DNA from: Eledone cirrhosa
Lineage: Eukaryota
Direction: 5' to 3'
Assembly: GCA_964016885.1 (NCBI GenBank)
Contig: OZ024752.1
Location: 2,418,001-2,482,000, forward strand
Length of the DNA stretch: 64,000 nucleotides
This document shows positions 55,582 through 64,000 of this stretch, piece after piece (positions within the stretch are counted from its first letter, which is position 1; each line of letters opens with the position of its first letter). A program made the translations under genes and the position numbers. The notes under the pieces were generated by a model, which searched no databases, had not been told where the DNA came from, and saw only the letters and a program-made list of their open reading frames with translations.

Positions 55582-58500
55582 GTTATGGCAGAAGCATAAC
55601 CTTGATATATACTCTTCTCGAAGAATTGGGTCAGCACATTCTTAAATTATGAGTGCATACGACTCTTAGTTTATGAAGATTGATTGCTTGGAATGAAGGG
55701 TTAACTATTTAACAATTATTATTTAAATGGTTTGATTCGTTTAATCAAGAGTGAGGAGTTGTTGTAATGTCATCGCAGTCACCCCGACTTCGGTTGGATG
55801 CATGTCGTTATTCTTCTGCTTAACTTGCTGCAAGTTACCGGAATTGCAGGAAGAACTTACTCATGAACTGAAGGCTGGAAGTTGGTTATATTAAAGGTAC
55901 CAGTATAAACATTTTACTTGTACACATACGTACAGAGACACATAACGTGTATGTTTCTGTAAGTGTGAATGTAACTATAGATGTTTAGATATAGTATCAT
56001 CGTGTTATAGTGAAAATGATTAAATCACTTGCGGCAGATAGAAATGTCGAAATATGACAGTATTTTTGGCAAATCTTGCTAACATACGAGTAAACGCCAA
56101 TACAATACCTGAACGTTTGAGACTTAAATTTATTTGCTCATTAGATACATGTTACAGCTCACTAAGCATGTGATTGTTATAATTTGAGATGGAAATGAAA
56201 TTAGATATGTAATATAAATTTAATTCAAATTTAGGATTTGCAATCACCATGAAAATGAATTTAACAATATTAGGTTTATTCAGTGAAGATAATTTCTTAA
56301 TTGTATGCGATACATTGCCTTTGCTTAAGCCTTGGTAAGCCTTTATCTGACAGTATTACGATCAAATTCGTGCTGAAGAGGACCACCATATATTTTATTC
56401 AGATATAGGTCTATAAATCCCAACTCTTAAGTTTGAAGACATTTATCAGGAGTTAAAATCTTATGTCTCTCGGAATATGTTTAGCTAAATTTTTACCAGA
56501 ATCTTCCAGCAAGATTTCATATGGCAAGAATTGTAGATTTACAATTAATATTTGTAACATCAAGCTTTTCGTTCATACTCATACCCAAAAAATCATATTT
56601 TGAAACATTCAACTAAATATTGCAAGGTAAATCTCTCCACTTGAAATACCAGTGGAATACCCACAGTTTTAAAATCAGAATAGCATGATAAAGTATATGA
56701 TCAAATTTACCCGAAAAATAAAATAGACAGGAAATTCATAGCGTAAGATCCATTAATCATATGTCTGTTATATTCGGAATGATTTGGGTCTAAAATGCAA
56801 TTTTGTAGACTTATAGTGATATTTGTGATATATTTTCAAGCATTTTATTTTAACATCCCTTTCAAATAAAAAACACAGCCCCATCTGACTTGAACTCATT
56901 AAGACACCATATACAGTTTCTGTTTCATTCAGTATATTGCTAATACACTCATCCATCACTTTGATAACGTTCAAATGGCATGGCAGCATCTAACTCTATT
57001 AGTACAATGAGAGCATTACATGTATACTTCCGCTTAAGAAATTGTATACATATTTTCCCTTGCTCTATTTACATTAGATTATTAGAGTTTCATGTGGTTT
57101 ACTTTTCCATTTATATATTTATTTATTTTTCATATTATTGTTCGTGTCAGCCTCTTGACAGGTATATATTTGATAGTTTTCAACTGTTGGCATTTTATCA
57201 ATTTATCAATGCACTTTACGAAAAATATACATTACATTGAATTAGTATACTAGATCATATGTAACCAACTTCTGGATATATTCTTCAGAACCTCGATTTA
57301 ACATGAAATAGATGTTAACACTATAAACTATGAATAGTGTTTAAAATGAAATGTCGATTTTATACAAAAATTCAAAATGTGTAGGGAAATTTACTAATTG
57401 TAGCATATTTGATTTTTTTATGGTATTCCCAAGTAATAAAAAAAAATTAGATGGAATTGTGTTTACAATTAAAAAAACTCACATATTCATATCTCTATTG
57501 TTTTATATGATATTGTAGCTAAAAGATAATATTAGATACATTGAACGTAAGACTTGTTATGGAGCGTACAGAAAGTGGAGATAATCGATATATTGTTAAA
57601 TTGGAGACAGACATTAAAACAAATATATATTTTTGAGGTTATAACAAATTATAAATTTAGATAAGAATTAATATATTGTCATTGGTTTCTACAATTAGGT
57701 AGAAAACACCCACTCGAAAAGGATCATAAATAGGTCAATAGCCCAACAGAGGAATAGTATACTGCCATTCTCAGAGAGATAGATATAGCATAGTTGTTGA
57801 ATCTTACAGCATTTGGAGTTGATAGTAATTTTTTAATCGAGAGTTGGGTGACATAACAATTGTGACAACGTATGATAGTGTAGCATCATTTTCCCGCTCA
57901 ATATATCAGCTCCCGATTTTGACTGAATTGGTTTTGATTAGTTATTGAAAACAACTCATGCGACTCGAGTCACTTTTTTTGATATCGCTCTGGGAAATTA
58001 TTTTGATTCAATCGATGGAGAATTATTCCCAATACAAGTAATTCCACAAAATACAGATCCAAGGAAATGCCTTGCAGCAACTTGTAAAACTATAAGATAT
58101 TTATCTTCATTCTTTGAGAATCATTTTTCATTAGTAAACTATGATCTGATAAATCAGATATAACCTTTTGAAGTACGCATTGGGAATGTAAGTAAAGCTT
58201 TTCAATGTTTAAAAATAAAGTTCTATTGTCCTCTTACCATTAAATATACATACTGTTCTTCCCTAATCGATTCCTTTTTCCATATAACATAATCTATGCA
58301 ATGAAAAGGTCGTTAAGACGATAAGAATATATTCCGACTTAACATTATATATTTCATAAACCATAAATATGAATAGGTTAGGCTTTTACATATAGATCAT
58401 GTCATAATTCCTATATGGCATACTACAAGGCAAACCATTGTGTGTTCTAGAATTCTATAAAGAAATAGAAAAAGGATCAGTATCTACAAAAAGAAACTAC

Positions 58501-59266
58501 AAACCATCATACGAGAACAGAAGAAATTTTCGGAAATTGGAAATAATCTATATTAAAACATCCATAGATCGAAATATATATTAGATAATTTCAAAATCAT
58601 TACTAGAAGAAGCCTGCAAGTAAGTATATTCAATAATGAACCATTAATATCACAATTCCAATTCGAGAAGAATGAGAATTGGATGGTTTCCTAGCTACTT
58701 GTAATATCTAGTGGCAGGCTAATAGATATTTTTATTGGCTACAATAAATGAAATAAAGCCTTAGAAAAGTAACCTAACAATAGCCTACAGGCATATATCT
58801 ATCATTGCCAGCTCTAACGACACATAATTAACATCATTATATTGAAAATGTTCTTGATCAATGAAAATTCTTCTCAATAACAACGGAGTCATATTTGTCG
58901 ATAATAATAGCCCTAAATATACAAAAAAAAACTGTTATTGCCAGCAGTAAAATATATTTAAATATAAAAATTACTTGAATAACTAATGAAATCACGGATT
59001 CAATAACTTAATTTGATTTCACAAAGTCATATATGTACATACACAGAAGTAAGTACACACTCGCGCGCGCGCACACACACGCACACACACACACACACAC
59101 ATAAATGTAAATATGTATGTATGTATATATAGCTATCTATGCATATATCTATATATCTATATATATCTACCTTTCTATCTACATTTCTATCTACGTATCT
59201 ATCTATCTATATATCATTATATATATATATATATGATGATATATAGATAGATAGATAGATAGATAT

Positions 59267-59455
59267 ATGCTTTCCAGCAAAGTTACGTCCCTTTACGATC
59301 TGAGTTCAAATCCCGCCAAGGTTGACTTTGCCTTTCATCCTTACGGGGTCGATAAAATAAAGTACCAGTAATGCACTGGGTAATTGCTGGCCTTGTGCCT
59401 AAAGTAGAAACAATTATATATATATATATGCTGGCCTTGTGCCTAAAGTAGAAAC

Positions 59456-59494
<39 letters not shown>

Positions 59495-59590
59495 TAAAGG
59501 TTGACTTTGCCTTTCATCCTTACGGGGTCGATAAAATAAAGTACCAGTAATGCACTGGGTAATTGCTGGCCTTGTGCCTAAAGTAGAAAC

Positions 59591-59595
<5 letters not shown>
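59267..59595 (+). mobile_element. S1 SINE with nested tandem duplications of its 3' end
   Basis: gctggccttgtgcctaaagtagaaacaattatata occurs three times; the segment aaggttgactttgcc...aattat occurs twice. Confidence 0.9.
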
Positions 59596-59625
<30 letters not shown>

Positions 59626-59705
59626 TAAAAAGGAAAAGAAAATGCTGACAGATTTTTCCAGTGAAAAATAGTTTAATTAGGAATAAGTATAAATTAGTAA
59701 TAAGT

Positions 59706-59892
59706 AATTGTTTCTACATTTGGCACAAGGCCAGCAATTATCCAGTGTATTACTGGTACTTTATTGTATCTTCCCCCGTAAGGATGAAAGGCAAAGTTAA
59801 CCTCGGCGGGATTTGAACTCAGAATGGCAAGGGCCGTAACTCCATGCGTCAAAGCATGGTGTCCGACCCTCTACCGATACTGCCAATCCACT
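59706..59892 (-). mobile_element. tRNA-SINE S1 with a long target-site duplication
   Basis: Full copy flanked by ataaattagtaataagtaat on both sides (~59689-59708 and ~59897-59916). Confidence 0.92.
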
Positions 59893-60099
59893 CACCATAA
59901 ATTAGTAATAAGTAATGGTTAGTATTCAGTGATAGTTTTAAGTTTTTTACCGGTTGCGCATTTCAAATAAAAAACTTAAAACTAACGCAAATAAAAAACT
60001 ATTTATCTGACGAAAACTCAAATGTCATCGCATGATGATAATTGTTTTTGAAATGCGCATAATAAAATACATGGATCTCTTTTAACCATCTTTTGATCT

Positions 60100-60144
<45 letters not shown>

Positions 60145-60150
<6 letters not shown>

Positions 60151-60398
60151 GATAACAAAATATCGTTTGTGGTAATCCAGTTAGAGGTTGTGAATACTTC
60201 TTATTGTGGATAGTTTTAGCATACGCGTTGTTTGACTAAACAAGAGGTATACGCAGATGACGTATTTGAAATTGAGTGGGACTGCTTCTAGTGTTGAGCA
60301 ATTTTTAGACAACTTAATCAGAGAAACAATTGTTAGACTGTAAATAAAACCCCTTATTTGTACTGTTAACCATGTTATTCTTCACTTTTTCAATTATA
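60145..60398. mobile_element. Internally inverted relic of the 3' end of the 15300-17710 PLE family
   Basis: 60145-60265 matches the reverse complement of ~17600-17710; 60315-60395 matches ~17462-17540 directly. Confidence 0.7.
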
Positions 60399-60403
60399 TA
60401 TAT

Positions 60404-60746
<343 letters not shown>

Positions 60747-60907
60747 TATGATTATATATATATATATATTTATATGTATATGAATAGATATATATATATT
60801 CTTATATACGTGTGTTACTGAAGGACAAGTGGACTTAATATCGATCTAGAGTGTCAATATTCATCTATTATGGTAGCTGTTGAAACTTTAGGCTACCAGG
60901 GCTTATT

Positions 60908-61085
60908 AGGAAGTATCGGTAGAGCATCGGACGCCATGCTTTGCAGCGAAGAGTCACGGCCCTTTATGATCTGAGTTCAAATCCCGGCGAGGTTAACTTT
61001 GCCTTTCATCCTTATTGGGTCGATAAAATAAAGTACCAGTAATACACTGGGATAATTGCTGGCCTTGTGCCAAAAGTAGAAACAA
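60908..61085 (+). mobile_element. tRNA-SINE S1
   Basis: B-box gagttcaaatccc and conserved body. Confidence 0.9.
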
Positions 61086-61364
61086 TTTTATAGGTACAAT
61101 ATACTATTAGCTATGCCTAATGTTTCACTAACGATTTTCCATATATATTATCAGGGTGAAGCTGTTCACCGTTTATAATGTTTGTGGAAGTATTTCTTTT
61201 AGCCCGTAAGTTAAAAACTGTGACCACCTCTTTCCAGAAAATATGTTTGTATCAACACACGTCTACTCAATATTGCAACAGCGTTAACGAACAAAAATAT
61301 ATCCCGACTCGTCTTCTTTTGTCTAATGATAGACACACAATTACAATAATGGTTTCTTATATAT

Positions 61365-61538
61365 AGGCACAGGGCCAGTAATTTTGGGGGGCGGGGAAAG
61401 GCGATTAAATCGACCCCAGTACTTTATTTTATCGACCCCGTGAGGATGAAAGGCAAAGTTAACCTCAGTGGGATTTGAACTCAGATAATAAAGGGCCGTA
61501 ACTCTATGCTGAAAAGCATAGCGTCCGATACTGCCAAT
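61365..61538 (-). mobile_element. S1 SINE variant with a different 3' segment
   Basis: Conserved core plus attttggggggcggggaaaggcgattaaatcgacccc. Confidence 0.8.
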
Positions 61539-61820
61539 TACAATAATGCAGGTGTGACATGAACTCACACACTAATTTTAAATATATGGGTAACTATTGA
61601 AATTAAGGGATTTAGAAAGACACCTGAATATTAATATATGCTACATATAGTCCGGATACACACTCAGATTTCAGATATGAAGTAAATATTACATGACTCA
61701 GACACACGAAATGAAATTATGCTTCTCTTCCATTGACTATGCGCCGGTATATGAGGAAGCTTCCACCGAAGAGAACAAACAATGGCTATAAATCAAATTT
61801 AAACTACAGTACACACACAC

Positions 61821-61908
<88 letters not shown>

Positions 61909-63311
61909 CATATGTAACTCTTTGAAACTATATTTCATACATAATTAGACAGGAACTACAGAAGCTACTTCAGAAATGTGTTCATTCGTCGATTCAATAT
62001 TTCATATTCTTGTTCCTTTAGCCTAATTTATTGTATATATGACACTGTACGGGTAAGAAGGAACGCTTACGTGTACGTATGTATGGTTGCAAGTCTACCA
62101 GCGTATACATATATACTTTAGCTTGTTTGTATGTGAGTGTGTGTATGTACGCATGTGAGAATGTGTTTGCTTGTCATTATATATTTGCGACTTTCTACAA
62201 ATATTAACCTACTTGGTTTTAGATTGACATCGAATGAAGAAAAATTGCCTTACATTCAGATATTTTAAACCCCAGATTTCTTCTCCAACTTTGTTTTTGA
62301 ATTATTTCTCAAAAATATCTTCTAAATCTACACAAGTATACATATACACTACATTACTATTGACGACAAATTCAGTTTATATCCTCCAGTCAGATGATAA
62401 ACGACAATATGATAAAAGACTATAGGTTCATGAGCTCTGATAAGAAAGGAATTCTATACCAGATACGGAATATGCCATTTCTTTAAATGAAGATAATATG
62501 AAGATCATTTCACTGCAACATAACATTAGTATTCTCTGAGTTGCTTATAGACACTCTAATAACATGTTTTTACGTTATTGGGCTTAATAACATCTTCCTT
62601 GTTGAGGATTGACTGAGTATTGAAGACTTACATACATGCATTAGAATGTTCGACCTTTCTTAGCATTTAGAATATTGTTTGAATTCATCAAATAGCCTGA
62701 CCTCATTAGATGTTAATAAATTCCCCCGTGTATACTCTCAAACTTTGTGAGTAATATGTGATCGCTTAAACTAAAACATGATTCGGTAGCCATAAAGTGT
62801 ATATAGGTTTTCTTTTGTCTAGGTATAAACAAAGCACATATTGAAAGAATAGGAAATTAGATTCTGTCATGTAAGATTTATCAAGGACATGATTTTTACA
62901 CAGGATATTGATTCCCCACATATCACATGTATCCGACAGTGAAATTTTGTTGATTTATGTACAATAATAGATGATACTTATTTCATATATTTCGATAATA
63001 AATAATTAGTTTTAATATTCAAACAATAGAGGGTATCAATGCAGTGTTCACATATCTCAAGTAGGTTGATTGACCGTAGAACATATAGAATTAAGATGCA
63101 TTTACAGGGTTATTGCTAATACAATTTATACTAACTTTAATAACAGCTAAATGTAATGTAGAGGTTATGAGAGTTGTTATGAATCTTGTTAATCGCAAAT
63201 GCATCTGTGAATTAAGGTGACAACAAACGGGAATAAAAAGAGAGAACGTGATATTTCAACATACATTTGTGTTAAATTTATATGTATTACATTATTGAAA
63301 ATCAACATTTA

Positions 63312-63416
<105 letters not shown>

Positions 63417-63926
63417 TTACAATAATCAAAGTTCAGTTTAAATCCTTTATTTGCTTACAATTGTTTCTTCCAAACCGAGGTTTGGTTTCTTCGGAGCAAC
63501 TATTTAGTGATCTATAACATACTTGGCCTCCTTTTCAACACAAGAGACATATAAAACATATGCACATATTGATCCACAGTGGGATGGCATCCATCAAAAT
63601 GATATAGCATGGCAATTTACATATAAAGGTTAAAGGATAAAAATAAAAATAATAATAAAAATGAAAATAAAAATGAAGCATTGGCAGTCTATGAAGAAAA
63701 AGCAAGAGGAAAGTTTAGAGTAGTCAGTGTATGAAACAATCTCACGTGTAGCATGCACGCGTGTCTTATTTATACAGGATTAGAGCACACACATATCATA
63801 TATATATATATATATATGATATGTGTGCGCTTTCCGTGTTATTTCCAATTCCACCTCTTCTCACACTCTCTCTCTCAAAAAGTGGAATTCAAAAAGTTAA
63901 AATTAATTTCATTTATTCATATTCGC

Positions 63927-63985
63927 TGTTATATATAATTCGATGATCACGATTATTCAATAGCTATGACCTCATCAGACACCTA
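63927..63985 (-). ncRNA. Decayed hammerhead-like motif
   Basis: tgt-CTGATGA-ggtca...tgatc-atc-GAAT-tatata-TA-aca; GAAT instead of GAAA. Confidence 0.45.
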
Positions 63986-64000
63986 GAACCTGAACGGAAA

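Noticed and set aside
56270-58400. Possible decayed hAT-like transposase
   Set aside because: Only faint peptide hints, no TIRs or convincing motifs.
59267-59625. CRISPR-like repeat-spacer pattern
   Set aside because: The repeats are SINE 3' ends separated by (TA)n in eukaryotic DNA, with no cas genes.

Overview
AT-rich eukaryotic, repeat-saturated non-genic DNA. It is most likely cephalopod (octopus-like), inferred from the tRNA-derived SINE types and the extreme (TA)n/(CA)n/(TAA)n microsatellite load. No host protein-coding gene is supported, and most ORFs in the track are microsatellite artefacts. Recognisable content: at least three Penelope-like retroelement (PLE) bodies with GIY-YIG relics, an internally deleted mariner with ~103-bp TIRs, RTE-type and Tx1/L1-type LINE fragments, two R4/Dong-type fragments in (TAA)n, Helitron pieces and many tRNA-SINE copies. 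The main hidden signal is about a dozen type I hammerhead ribozyme (HHR) motifs from several unrelated families, read by eye. Many sit at the outer ends of fold-back (inverted-repeat) units of 0.2-2.3 kb, mostly with no ORF, inserted in (TA)n. All coordinates and RNA folds were determined by eye.
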